Positions 37,733-50,884 of a stretch of 64,000 nt of DNA are shown one piece after another. Positions within the stretch are counted from its first letter, which is position 1, and each line of letters starts with the position of its first letter. The position numbers and the translations under genes were made by a program. Source of the DNA: Leucoraja ocellata. Taxonomy: Eukaryota. The stretch is from NCBI GenBank assembly GCA_036785375.1, contig JAWMAR010000103.1, forward strand, positions 434,001 to 498,000. Reading direction: 5' to 3'. The notes below the pieces were generated by a model. That model was not told the DNA's origin, did no database searches, and was given only the letters and a program-made list of their open reading frames with translations.

Positions 37733-40604
37733 CTTTGTGTTGCATGCTATCCAAATGGATCATATAATACGACACATAAATAAAATCAAGTCATACTCAA
37801 GTACAATAGGAAGAGCAAAGGGGAATGTACAGAGTGCAGAATATAGTTCTCAGCATTGTAGCGCATCAGTTCCAGAGACAAAGACTGCAGTGGGGTAGAG
37901 GTGAATCGGCTAGTTTATGGAAGGACCATTCAGAAGCCTGATACCAGAGGGGAAGAAGGTCTTTCTGAGCCTGACGGTACATGCTTTCAAGCTTCTGTGC
38001 TTTCTGCTAGAGAGGAGAAGAAGGAATGATTGGGGTAGGACAAATTTTTGGTTATGTTGGCTGTTTTTCTAAGGCAGCGTGAATATTTATGCCTCGGCTA
38101 ATGTAGGCAAGTATTCCACTTGCCTTCATACTTGCCTTATCAATCTGCACTGTTGCCTTCAGAGAACCTCGTACATATATGCCACAATCCCTCTGTTCTT
38201 GAGTAATTGCTAAGATACGAACATGAACTCTGATGTCATGCCAAACACAATATAATTGGAAGCAAAATATTTTCAGTTGATGATTAAGAATGTAGATGTG
38301 GGTAATCTCCTTCATCTGAGAGAAATTATGAGCTATGGAAAGACTCCAGCAAGCTTTGTGAATGGGAAAATCATTTCCAGAGATAAGTGTATTCATATTG
38401 TGTCAACAAGCATTGCCAAACAAATATTTGACACCAATTCTCATAAGCAGGCCCAGTTTAAGGCCGGTTTCAGTTACAGATGTACTGAAGATATTGAGGA
38501 ACATGTTAGGAGAGAGAGAGGTAGAGAGACCATAGAGTCATAGAGCCTCACAGCATTGGAATTAGATCCTTCAGTTCAACATATCCATGCTAACCAAGTT
38601 GCCTAACTGAGCACATCCCTCTTGTATTCCTCGCCCATATCCCTCCACACCTTTTCTATCCATGTACCTGCCCATGCATATATTTTAAATGCTATATTTG
38701 TACCTGCCTCTATCACTTCCCCTGGCTGCTTGTTCCATAAGCACCACGTTCTGAGTGAAAATGTTGCCCCCCAGTTCCCTTTTGTACCTTTCCCCACTCA
38801 CCTGAAACTTATGCCTTCTAGTTTCAGACTCACCTACCCTGGATTTTCTCCGGGTGTTCCGGTTTTCTCCCACATTCCAAAGACATGCAGATTTTTAGGT
38901 TAATTGGCTTCTGTAAATTGCCCCTAATGTGTCGGATAGAACTAGTGTATGGGTGATCATTGGTTGGAGTGGATGCAATGGGCTGAAGGGCCAGTGTAGG
39001 GGAGTCTGAAAATCCAGTGTAGGGGAGTCTGAAACTAGAAGGCATGTGCTTCCTGCTCAGTGTTTTAACTACATGAATTATTTTTTGCTTAGGTCCTTGT
39101 TATTTATAAAACATACTGACGGAATCACTGTCATAGATAAGGAATTATTTTCACACCATACACTTCCATATCTATGTATCTCCCTCTCCCTTGACATAAA
39201 TCTGAAAAAGTTCATGACCCGAAACGTCACCCATCCTTTCTCTCCAGAGATGCTGCTTGTCCTGCTGAGTTACTCCAGTATTTTGTGTTTATCTTGGGCA
39301 AGAAGGTGGAGCTGTGAACAAAGATCAAACCATCCACGTTCTTATTAATGTTGGAGTCGGTCACAGAGATGTCTAACCTAATGCTGCTTTTTGTGCTTAT
39401 ATTTTGCTCTTCTTAAAATAAACCATAACCATCATTTTACATAGTTTATTCAACAATGGTTGTATTTCCTTGCATTAAAACAGCAACTGCCCGTTAAAAA
39501 TTTAATTTATTGGCTTTGTAGAATTCTGGGATGTCCTGAAGATATGAATGACAATACTTGAAGCTGAGTTATTCCTTTCTATGTTTGACTTTGAGCTATG
39601 TGTTCCATTTATAGCTTTCACTGCCCCCACAGTTCCAAAATGTCTATCCTGATGGTTACAATCCAGAAATGATAGGCTGTTTTAGTCCATTCCAGTCACA
39701 GTCAGAATCACCTCTGATTTAGGTTTGGGTTTAGGTTTGTTATTGGCACCTGTACTGAGGTGCAGTGAAAGGCTTTGTTTTGCATGCTCTCCAATCCAGA
39801 TAATACTATACATAAATACAATCATGCCAAACTATCAAGTACCATAGGTAGAGCAGAGGGGAAGATACAGAGTGCAGTATACATTGTAGCACATCAGTTC
39901 CATAGAAAAAGTCCAATGTCTGCAATGTTATAGAGGTGAATTGAACAGAACCTTTACCATTCAGAAGCCTCATAACAGGTGAGGAAGCTGTGCCTGAGTC
40001 TGGTGGTGCACGCTTTCAACCTTGGAGTCATAGCATTCATTTCCTGCATGCTGTGTTTGAATTTCCAATAACCTGGCCTTCTGCTGTGAACGTTCAGTAA
40101 AATATCTTCGCAAGTGGAAAACCTAAAAGTTTGGTTTCAACTTACTAAAAGGTTTACAGAGACCAATTAATCTCCATACTTATAGTCCAGGCCTCTGCTG
40201 CCCTCTATAGCTCCACTGTCTTTCCACTCGCAGTCCTGGCAAAGTTATTCCCAAAATCTCAAAGTTATCCTTGGAATTGATGTTTGCTCTACTTCACATT
40301 CAATAGGCTTCTCACCACCATAGCCCCTCCAACACTGGGCTATTGTCCCCAATGTAGTAATGTTCTTCCCAGATTGCACAATTATTTATGAACCAGAAGT
40401 TTGTCCATTCAAGACAATCAGATGAGAATCCAGACTCCATCTATTTCTCAGATGGATACAAAAGGTACTATGATGGGCAAGCATGTTCCCCTGGATGTAC
40501 AATCCAAAATTTACCCCTCAACCAAAACTACTAAAATCAGATTATCTATGCATCACCTCATTGTAGTTTATGGAATCTCCTGGGAAAAGTTGGCAATCAC
40601 AATA

Positions 40605-41042
40605 CAAAGGTTTCAAATGCCTTTTATTGTCACATGTACCAATTAGGTACAGTGACATGCAAATTACCATACAGCCATTAGAAAAAAAAAAGCAACAAGG
40701 CATACAACTACATAAAAGGTAACATAAACACCCACCACAGCAGATTCCCCACATTCCTCACTGTGATGGAAGGCACAAACGTCCAATCTTCTTCCTCTTT
40801 ATTCTCCTGCGGTTGGGGTAGTTGAACCATCCATCAGGGCGATCGAAGCTCCCGCAGCCGGTCGATGCCCCCGAGTCGGGGCGGTCGAAGCTCCTACGTC
40901 GGGACGATCGAAGTTTCCGCGTCAGGGCGATCGAAACTCCCATGTCGAAGCTCCTGCTGCTTGGAGTTCTCGAAGTCGGTCACGGACCTGAGACCACGAG
41001 CTCTGTGATGTTAAGTCCGCAAGCACCCACGGTTAGAGCTCA
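40605..41042 (-). mobile_element. GC-rich retroposon 3' part with an internal ~22-bp tandem array (gtc.gggcgatcgaagctcc)
   Basis: Rex1-like tail 'cttttattgtcacatgtacc'; 'ggaaggcacaaa' block shared with about 37057; 4-5 degenerate tandem units at about 40833-40955. Confidence 0.65.
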
Positions 41043-41609
41043 GAGGTCAGAGATTTAGACAGCATGGAAACAGGCCCTTCAGCCCAACTCGTCCATGCCG
41101 ACCACGTATTCTACCTGAGCAAGTCCCATCCATCTGTCTTTAATCCATATCCCTCTAAACTTTTTCTATCCATGTCCAAATATCTTTGAAGCATTTGTAA
41201 ATGTACCCACCTCTGCAGCTTCATCTGGTAGCTCATTCCATACACCTAATATCCTCGGTGTGAAAAAGTTCCCCGTCAGGACCCTTTTAAATATCTTCCT
41301 CCTCTATCTTAAACCTACCTGTATGTCCTCTACTTTAGACTCGCCTACTCTTGAAAATAGAACTGTCAGTATCCAACTTATCTACGTCACAATCTCATTA
41401 TACCATTTACATCTACAAAACGTTCAGCCTTCAACCTTCATGGAAATATGTTGCTGTATTTTGTTGCAACAGAACAGTGACACTTCAAGAGATTTTCATT
41501 GATTGTAAAGCACATTGAGAAAGAGATGGAAAGGTAAGTTACAAAGACAAGCCTTTTTATTCTATTTTCTTTTTTGGCTACCTATTCTTTCAAAATGGCA
41601 AACTTGATT

Positions 41610-41790
41610 TATATATGCATACACATATACATATACATACACATATACATATACATATATATACACACACACACATATATATACAGTATATGAATTATTC
41701 ATTTCTGTTTGACTGTGTGTGTGCGCGCGCTTACATATATATATAGTGTGTGTGTGTGTGTGTATATATACATATATGATTATATATTCA
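41610..41790. repeat. (TA)/(CA)/(TG) microsatellites
   Basis: Direct reading. Confidence 0.9.
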
Positions 41791-42368
41791 TATCATTTTC
41801 CATTTTGAAAGAACGGGTAGCCCTAAAATCTGAAAAAATAAGCAAAAAGGTTTGCGTTTGTATATCACCTTTCTATCTCTTTCCCAATGTGTTTTATAGC
41901 CAATGAAATAGGAAAAGACGGCTCTGCAGAAGTGCGAACACAAAGAAATTTGGAAATGCCTCTCACACCGCTCTTCCACTGGAAAACCTTAGGCAACCCA
42001 ATCTAATAAATCGGGCTCCTAATTCTACTGCAGGAATTTGATTTAAACGTTTTCTGGAATGTCCCATTCTTGCCATGTTTCCCATGCATTATTCCCGCTT
42101 CACATGGACCACAACACCCTTCCCCATTTTATTATCTCTTGACCATCAATCAGTGAGGTTCTTGGTTTTAATCAGGTTAACAGACGGGGCCACAATCTCA
42201 TGGAGGGACCTTGGGATGTTAAAGGCTCTACTTCAATGCAATTTAGCGTGATTGTGTGTGTAGGAAGTGGCCTCTAATGTGCCCCTGGTGATTTAATATT
42301 TCCCATTGCCATTGATTCTGTTGGCATGGTGCAAGATTCCCAAAGCCTCTTCAGAGCCAGGACTCTGC

Positions 42369-42568
42369 NNNNNNNNNNNNNNNNNNNNNNNNNNNNNNNN
42401 NNNNNNNNNNNNNNNNNNNNNNNNNNNNNNNNNNNNNNNNNNNNNNNNNNNNNNNNNNNNNNNNNNNNNNNNNNNNNNNNNNNNNNNNNNNNNNNNNNNN
42501 NNNNNNNNNNNNNNNNNNNNNNNNNNNNNNNNNNNNNNNNNNNNNNNNNNNNNNNNNNNNNNNNNNNN
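42369..42568. other. assembly gap (200 N)
   Basis: Run of N; truncates the CR1 element. Confidence 1.
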
Positions 42569-44895
42569 CTCCAGGTGTGGTCTCACCAAGACCCTGTACA
42601 ACTGCAGTAGAACCTCCCTACTCCTATATTCAAATCCTTTTGCTATGAATGCTTACATACCATTCGCCTTCTTCACTGCCTGCTGCACCTGCATGCCTAA
42701 TGACTGGTGTACCATGACACCCAGGTCTCGTTGCATCTCCCCCTTTCCTAATCGGCCACCATTCAGATAATAGTCTACTTTCCTGTTTTTGCCACCAAAG
42801 TGGATAACCTCACATTTATCCACATTATAGTGCATCTGTCATGTATTTGCCCACTCACCCAGCCTATACAAGTCACCTTGCAGTCTCCTAGCATTCTCCA
42901 CACAGTTAACACTGCCCCCCAGCTTCGTGTCATCCGCAAATTTGGAGATGTTGCATTCAATTCCCTCGTCCAAATCATTAATATATATCGTAAATAGCTG
43001 GGGTCCCAGCACTGAGCCTTGTGGTACCCCACTAGTCACTGCCTGCCATTGTGAAAAGGACCCGTTTACTCCTACTCTTTGCTTCCTGTCTGCCAGCCAG
43101 TTCTCTATCCACATCAATACTGAACCCCCGATACCGTGTACTTTAAGTTTGTATACTAATCTCTTATGTGGGACCTTGTCGAAAGCCTTCTGAAAGTCCA
43201 GATATAACACATCCACTGGTTCTCCCTTATCCACTCTACTAGTTACATCCTCAAAAAATTCTATAAGATTCGTCAGACATGATTTACCTTTCATAAATCC
43301 ATGCTGACTTTGTCCAATGATTTCACCACTTCACAAATGTGCTGCTATCCCATCTTTAATAACTGACTCTAGCAGTTTCCCCACTTCCGACGTTAGACTA
43401 ACTGGTCTGTAATTCCCCGTTTTCTCTCTCCCTCCCTTTTTAAAAAGTGGGGTTACATTAGCTACCCTCCAATCCTCAGGAACTACTCCAGAATCTAAAG
43501 AGTTTTGTAAAATTATCACTAATGCATCCACTATTTCTGGGGCTACTTCCTAAAGTACTCTGGGATGCAGCCTATCTGGCCCTGGGGATTTACCGGCCTT
43601 TAATCCATTCAATTTACCTAACACCACGTCCCGGCTAACCTGGATTTCATTCAGTTCCTCCATCTCATTTGACCCCCGGTCCCCTGCTATTTCCGGCAGA
43701 TTATTTATGTCTTCTTTAGTGAAGACAGAACCAAAGTAGTTATTCAATTGGTCTGCCATGTCCTTGTTCCCCATGATCAATTCACCTGTTTCTGACTGCA
43801 AGGGACCTACATTTATTTTAACAAATCTTTTTCTCTTCGCATATCTATAAAGCTTTTGCAGTCAGTTTTTATGTTCCCTGCCATTTTTCTTTCATAATCT
43901 ATTTTCCCTTTCCTAATTAAGCCCTTTGTCCTCCTCTGTTGGACTCTGAATTTCTCCCAGTCCTCTGGTAGGCTGCTTTTTCTGGCTAATTTGCACGATT
44001 CATCTTTTGTTTTGATACTCTTCCTGATTTCCCTTGTCATCCACGGATGCACTACCTTCCCTGATTTATTTTTTTGCCAAACTGGGATGAACAATTGTTG
44101 TAGCTCATCCATGCAGTCTTTAAATGCTTTCCATTGCATATCAACCATCAATCCATTAAGAATCAATTGCCAGTCTATCTTGGCCAATTCACGTCTCATA
44201 CCCTCAAAGTTACCCTTCTTTAAGTTCAGGGCTCTTGTTTCTGAATTAACAATGTCACTCTCCATCCTAATGAAGAACTCAACCATATTATGGTCACTCT
44301 TGCCCAAGGGGCCACGCACAACAAGACTGCTAACTAACCCTTCCTCATTACTCAATACCCAATCTAGAATAGCCTGCTCTCTCGTTGGTTCCTCTACATG
44401 TTGGTTTAGAAAACTATCCCGCATACATTCCAAGAAATCCTCTTCCTCAGCACCCTTGCCAATTTGATTCATCCAATCTATATGTAGATTGAAGTCACCC
44501 ATTATAACTGTTTTACCTATGTTGCACGCATTTCTAATTTCCTGTTTGATGCCATCCCCAACTCCGCTACTACTGTTAGGTGGCCTGTACACTACTCCCA
44601 CTAGCGTTTTCTGCCCCTTAGTGTTTCGCAGCTCTACCCATATCGATTCCACATCCTCCAAGCTAATGTCCTTCCTTTCTATTGCGTTAATCTGCTCTCT
44701 AACCAGCAACGCTACCCCACCTCCTTTCCCTTTCTGTCTATCCCTCCTGAATATTGAATATCCCTGAATGTTCAGCTCCCAGCCTTGGTCACCTTGGAGC
44801 CATGTCTCCGTGATCCCATGTATATCATAGTCATTAGCAGCTGTCTGCACATTCAACTCATCCACCTTATTACGAATGCTCCTTGTATTGAGACA
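42569..44895 (-). pseudogene. CR1 ORF2 (APE endonuclease and reverse transcriptase), disrupted by several frameshifts/stops
   Basis: LNTRSIRNK, GITETWL, GVVYRPP, MGDFN, LGKSDH; [39 protein letters not shown]; split across several ORFs. Confidence 0.95.
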
Positions 44896-45129
44896 AAGCC
44901 TTCCGGCTTGTTTTTACAACACTCTTACCCCTTATACAATAATGTTGAAAAGTGGCCCTTTTTGATTTTTGCCCTGGATTTGTCTGCCTGCCACTTTTAC
45001 TTTTCACATTGCAATGTATTGCTTCTACCCTCATTTTACACCCCTCTGTCTCTCCGCTCACACATTTAAGAAACCCTTTCCCTTTAACTCCATCCTCAAC
45101 TATCCCATTTGACACCCCACCCCCCTTAT

Positions 45130-45352
45130 TCAGTTTAAAACCACCCGTGTAGCAGTGGCAAACCTGCCTGCCAGAATGTTGGTCCCACACCTGTTAAGAA
45201 GCAATCCGTCCCTTTTGTACAGTTCCCCCTTACTCCAAAACAGATCCCAGTGATCTAAGAATCTAAATCCCTGCCCTGTGCACCAGTTCCTCAGCCACAC
45301 ATTCAGGTCCCGTATCTCCCTGTTCCTGCTCTTGCCAGCACGAGGAACTGGA
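45130..45352 (-). pseudogene. CR1 ORF1 C-terminus (SGNH esterase-like)
   Basis: LPVPRA...LNVWLRNWCTGQGFRFLDHWDLFW...YKRDGLLLNRCGTNILA. Confidence 0.85.
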
Positions 45353-45435
45353 AGATGACCAAGGAAGGGCGGGGATGCAAACAGTGGAACTAGCTGGACA
45401 ACTAGGGTGGGGGAGGGGGAGAGGGGGATTGCAGG

Positions 45436-45905
45436 GAAGCATTGCAGAGGGTGATGAAAATTGCCCAACGCATCACCGGTTCCTCGCTCCCCTCCATTGA
45501 GTCTGTCCAAAGCAAGCGTTGTCTGTGGAGGGCTCTCAGCATCGCCAAGGACTGCTCTCACCCCAACAATGGACTGTTTACCCTCCTACCATCTGGGAGG
45601 CGCTACAGGTCTCTCCGTTGCCGGACCAGCAGGTCCAGGAACAGCTTCTTCCCTGCGGCTGTCACACTACTCAACAATGTACCTCGGTGACTGCCAATCC
45701 CCCTCCCCCCCCCCCCCCCCCCCCCCCCCCCGGACACTCCTCACACAGGAAAAACACTATGATTGTATGCATGTAAATAGATTTATTTATTGAAACCATA
45801 TTCTATGTCGCTCTTCCAGGGAGGTGCTAACTGCATTTTGTTGTCTCTGTACTGTAAACTGATAATGACAATTAAAGTTGAATCTGAATTTGAATCTGAA
45901 TCTGA
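45436..45905 (+). mobile_element. Rex1/Babar-type 3' fragment with (tgaatc)n tail, nested in a Penelope-like remnant
   Basis: LQRVMKIAQRITGSSLPSI...HPNNGLFTLLPSGRRYRS...NSFFPAAVTLLN; PLE sequence at 45353-45435 resumes at about 45906. Confidence 0.85.
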
Positions 45906-46279
45906 GGGGTTACTTGAATTTAGATAAATCACCATTCAGACTGCTGGGTTCTAAGCTGCCCAAGCAAAAATATATCTGTATACTGTGGATGACTTGATTG
46001 TAATCATGTATAGTATTTTCACTGACTGGATAGCATGCAACAAAAGCTTTTCACTGCACCTCGGTACACCTGACAATAATAAACTAAACCAAGCTGACTG
46101 GTCTTCAGTGGAATAGTCACAAATGTAATTGTTCAGCCACAAATTGTTCAATAAACAAGCTTACTCCAAAGGTTGCTCCATGGCTGTTGTTAAATTATAG
46201 AGAAACAACCAGTTCTGTTTCAGATGCAATTCGTCAGGCCCTTTTATTTATTCATCATACTAGATCCCCTGCTCTCAAG

Positions 46280-47420
46280 GATAGACACAAAATACCGGAG
46301 TAACTCAGTGGGTCTGCCAGAATCTTTGGAGAAAAAAAAATAGGTGACATTTTGGGTCGGAACCCTTCTTCAGATTGAAAGTAGAGATGGGGGTGGGGGA
46401 GAAATAAATTTGAGGCAAGAACAGGCCAAAACAGACATAAGATCACATGATAAGAGTAGAATTAGGACATTCGGCCAATCAAGTCTACTCCGCCATTGAA
46501 TCATGGCTGATCTATCTCTCACTCCTAACCCCATTCTCCTGCCTATTCCTCATAACCTCTGACACCTGCACTAATCAAGTATCTATCTACAATATATCTG
46601 CCTTAAAAATATCTACTGACCAGGCCTTCCACTAGTGGAAATATCCTCGCCACATCCCCTCTATCCAAGCCTTTTACTATTCTGTATGTTTCAATGAGGT
46701 CCCCCCTCATTCTTCTAAACTCCAGCGATTACAGGCCCAGTGCCGACAAACGATCAAATCAGGGCCCATGACAGATGACCTCAGCAAAGGTGGAGCCCAT
46801 AATGGCCTATTGTTGGCTGGGGAAGGTGTGATAACAAGAGGGGGAGGTGAGAGGGGAGAGGCGGGAAAGCAAGAGATCCCCATCTACCACCATCCCTCCT
46901 CCTTCAGTCCCATTTTTCACCTTGCTTCCCCGTCAGATTCCAGAATCTGCTTCACTTTATCCTCCACTCACCGCCTCCCATGTTGCCCCAACCCACCCTT
47001 CCCACCACCTACTATTATATCCCAGTCAAACTCCCCTCACTTGCACCAACCTACCACTTGCTAGCTTTTACCCCACCCCTACCCGCACCTCTATATACTG
47101 GCAACATCCCCTCTCGTTTAAGTGTCTTGTCCTGGGTGACATGGTGGCGCAGCAGTAGAATTGCTGCCTTACAGCGCCAGGGAGCTAGGGTTGATCCTGA
47201 CTATGTGGAGCTTGTACGTTCTCCCCATGGGTTTTCACCGGGAGCTCCGGCTTCCTCCCACACTCCAAAGACGTACAGGTTTGCAGGTTAATTGGCTTAG
47301 TAAAATTGGAAATTGCTCCAAGTCTGTGTAGGATAGTGTAAGTGTACAGGTGATCATTGGTCAGTGTGGATTCATTAGGCTGAAGGGCCCGTTTCTGTAC
47401 TGTATTTCCAAACTAAACCA
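46280..47420. mobile_element. cluster: PLE termini/UTR, CR1 3' end (-, 46435-46755), V-SINE (+, 47135-47420)
   Basis: Family motifs as above. Confidence 0.75.
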
Positions 47421-49203
47421 ACCAGTAAACCAAACTGATTCATGGACTATCCATTTTAGTTATAGATGCTGCCCGACCCGATGAGTTCCTACATCTGCTC
47501 TCCTTTCTTTTTGTGACAGATTCCAGCAACTGCAGTACCTTGAAACTCTCGTTGTTTTATTCATGTGAGGATCACTCGAAAATCATTTTATTGCTCATCC
47601 CAAATTGCCCTTGAACCAATTGACTCGATAGGCAGTTAAGATTCAAGCACAAAGCTATAGAACTGAAGTCACGTAAAGGCCAGACTGAATTCTCTTCCCT
47701 TAAGGGCATTAATGGACAATGAGCTTCGTGACAATTCAGCAGCATAATCATCGCCATTACCAACACTGCCCTTTTAATTCCAGATTTGTTAACTAATTGA
47801 AATAAATTCCATAACTGCCATGGTGGGATTTGAACTCATGATTAAGATCATCAGCCTAACTCACTGGATTATTACTTCAGTAATATAACCACTTTGTTAC
47901 TGTACCCCAGCATGGTTATGCATATGAAATTTGGCAGAAGTCGTCTTGTTCTTTAACCTTGCTTGGCCGTGATGTGTGTAGCAAGCTGTCATTTATCACA
48001 GGCTCCAAGCTTTGCTGTCGGCGTTTGTCTGTAGAATAGAAAGGATATCAGGATGCTACAAGCCATGACTAAGCCCTTTAACAACACTCTCAACTTAACA
48101 AGATGTCACAAATAAGAAAAGAGTTATATTGATATGGAGGCACCGAGTCATCCAGAATGGAAACAGACCCTTCGGCCCAACTCGTTCCAGGTACCCCATC
48201 TATGCTGGTCCCATTAGCCTGTGTTAGGTCCATATCGCTACAAAAGGTTTCCTATCCATTTACATGTACAACAGTCTTATGAATGCTGCTATAGTACCTG
48301 ACTCAACTCCCTGCTCTGGAAGCTCATCTGAACATACTCCTCTCTTCCTCCCACTGCCTCTCATCACCACATAATCCCAGAGAGAGGAAAAAGGAAAGAT
48401 GACAGAACTAATAGAATCATGGAGTTATAAAGTGTGGAAACAGGCCCATTGGCTAAACTTGCCCACACCGACCAACATGTCCCGTCTACACTCGTCCCAC
48501 CTGCCTGCGTTTGGCTCATGTCCCTCTAAACCTATCCTATACGTGTACCTGTCTAATTGTTTCTTAAACTACCTCTTCTGGCAGCTTGTTCCAAACACCC
48601 ACAACTCTTTGTATGAAAAAGTTACCCCTCAGCTTCCTATGAAATCTTTCCCCCTTCACCTTAAACCTATGCCCTCTGGTTCTCGATTCCCCTGCTCTGG
48701 GCAAGAGGCATTATGCATATAACTAAAGTAAAAATACTTGTGAAAATTTGGCTCCAATACGGTCCCTGGTAAACCTGGGAATTTCTCCGTCTCACAACTT
48801 GGCTGACATTAGTAAAGACCAAGAATTAGATTATAGTGTTATCTCCGCAGCAGAAAGTTGTGCATGAATTGTGGGAGTAACTGACAAGTAAGAAAATTAA
48901 CTGAAACCGAGAAGGAAAACACTATTGAAAGCTAGAGATATATTACTCAGTATGTAGTTACTGTAAATTGTAACCAGTCATATAAATTATCACAAGAAGT
49001 TCTAATGCCAGAAAGCTTTTTACTTCTGGAGCACTGTCCACGTCTTTTTTGTGTGAGTAATCACCTTGTGACATTTTTGCAACATTAAAAAGGTGTTATA
49101 TAAATGGAAATTAATTTTGTCATCTTGACCTCAAGCTCGCTGTCTCGCAAAACAGTTTTATTTTTAAATTGCAAATTAAAACTCAAACCGTGTTTAGTTT
49201 CAG

Positions 49204-49294
49204 ACCGTGGGCTGTGTGCTAACCAGAGCTATAATGAAACGGATCCCGTTAATGACTTGGTGGTGGTTCCTTGCAGAACCACTGATGAACTGTG
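49204..49294 (+). CDS. candidate 91-nt internal exon of an unidentified host gene
   Basis: Acceptor 'tgtttagtttcag', donor 'TG|gtgagt'; two open frames (DRGLCANQSYNETDPVNDLVVVPCRTTDEL; TVGCVLTRAIMKRIPLMTWWWFLAEPLMNC); lies in unique sequence. Confidence 0.3.
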
Positions 49295-50884
49295 GTGAGT
49301 GTGCGATCACATTCCGGACTTAGACGCTAGTGCATTGCAACTCGTAAGCTCTGAATGTACTGTAACCTCAACTGCAACCTTGGACTGTCCTGATTCAGTG
49401 TGGAGTTGACGGTCTGGATACAGATCACATATATGTCCCGTCAGCGTTACGCCAGCTAAAAGTGACACAGCCAGTACAGAAGACAAAAGGAGAGTGCAGA
49501 TAGAATGGGAACAGGCCCTTCAGTCCAACTTGCCAATGCCAACCAAGATGCCCCATCTACACCAATCCCATCTGCTCACTGGTCATATCCCTCTAAACCT
49601 TTCTTACCCATGTACCTGTCCAAATGCCTTATAAATGTTGTTATATCAACTACCTCTTCTGGCAGATCATTTCGTATATCCACCACTCTATGTGTGAGAA
49701 AGTTGCCCCTCAGGTTCCTATTTAATCTTTCCCCCTCTTACCTTAAACCCATGTCCTCTGGTACTTGATTCCCTAGAAGACTGTGCATCCACACTATCTA
49801 TTCCCCTCATGATCCTATAGACCTTGAAAAAAGTACCTCTTATCGTCCTGCACTCCAAGGAATGGTATTGGGCTGCCCAACCTCTCCCTGTTGTTCAGGC
49901 CCTCTGACAGGATCGTTGGTTGGGTTTTGAATGGATTTCAACATGGAATGTGGTTTGACGTGGTTTACAGAATAAAAAGCAAACTGCTGGAGGAACTCAG
50001 CAGGTCAGCCAGCATCTGTTGAGGGGAATGGACAGACTAAAGGGTCCCAACCCGAAATGTCATGTCCATTTCCCCTCCAAAGATGCTGCCCAACTCACTG
50101 AGATTTTCTAGCACTTTGTGTTTTGCTTAAGATGCTATCATCTGTAGTATCTTGTATCTCGATTTTACTGTGTTTCACCGAGTACTTTTCCTGCCTTTCA
50201 TACCGTGCCTCTGATCAAGTGTCAACCATATCTTAATAAGTAATGTTGTTGCCTTTGACTTATCGGTTTAAATCCCACTCCAGAGACTTGAGAACGGAAA
50301 TCTTAGCTGACCTTCCATATTTTATGTTTCCGTATTTCATTATCATATAGAAGGATGTCATCTAGGTCCATCGAGTCTAATTCAGATCACTGAACAATTC
50401 CATTCCCGTAATCTTTTCTCCTCACATTTCCATCAGCATCTTTCAGAGCCTATCCATCCCAATCTCGTTACCCTAAAGACAAACATTTATTTCAAGTATT
50501 AATCTAATTCTACTTTGATACATGGTTCAGACTGGATAGGAAAGGTTCAGAAGGATATGGGTCAAACAGGACTAGATTAGAAGGGGTATCTTGGTTGGCA
50601 TGGAAGAAAGTACTGGTTCATACTGGATGACTTTGAATCTATGACTCTCTTTGACTGTCAACTCCAAATTACAACTTTCCACATAAACAAATTCACCTCA
50701 TAACCCGCTTGATCATTGACCAATAACATTTGTATTCACTGGCTACTGTTCTTCCTGTTGCCAGAACCTGTACTCCATCAGAACTCTTTAAAATCCTGTA
50801 TAGCTCTATTTAATTTCTCCTTAACCAGATCTGCAGAATAGCTCCATCTCTGCAATTTCTCCATTTAACCAGCCCTGTGCCTCA

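Larger units (their letters stand above)
42569..45352 (-). mobile_element. CR1 LINE, 5'-truncated within ORF1, 3' end lost in the gap
   Basis: ORF1 esterase, then APE, then RT, colinear on the minus strand. Confidence 0.95.

Noticed and set aside
40833-40955. CRISPR-like array (also 56618-56679)
   Set aside because: Degenerate tandem units without unique spacers, inside eukaryotic transposons; no cas genes.
41870-42006. Acceptor-like 'ttttatag' followed by a short open frame
   Set aside because: 'tttatagccaatgaa' resembles the reverse tail of old SINE/L2-like repeats; no donor and no recognisable peptide.
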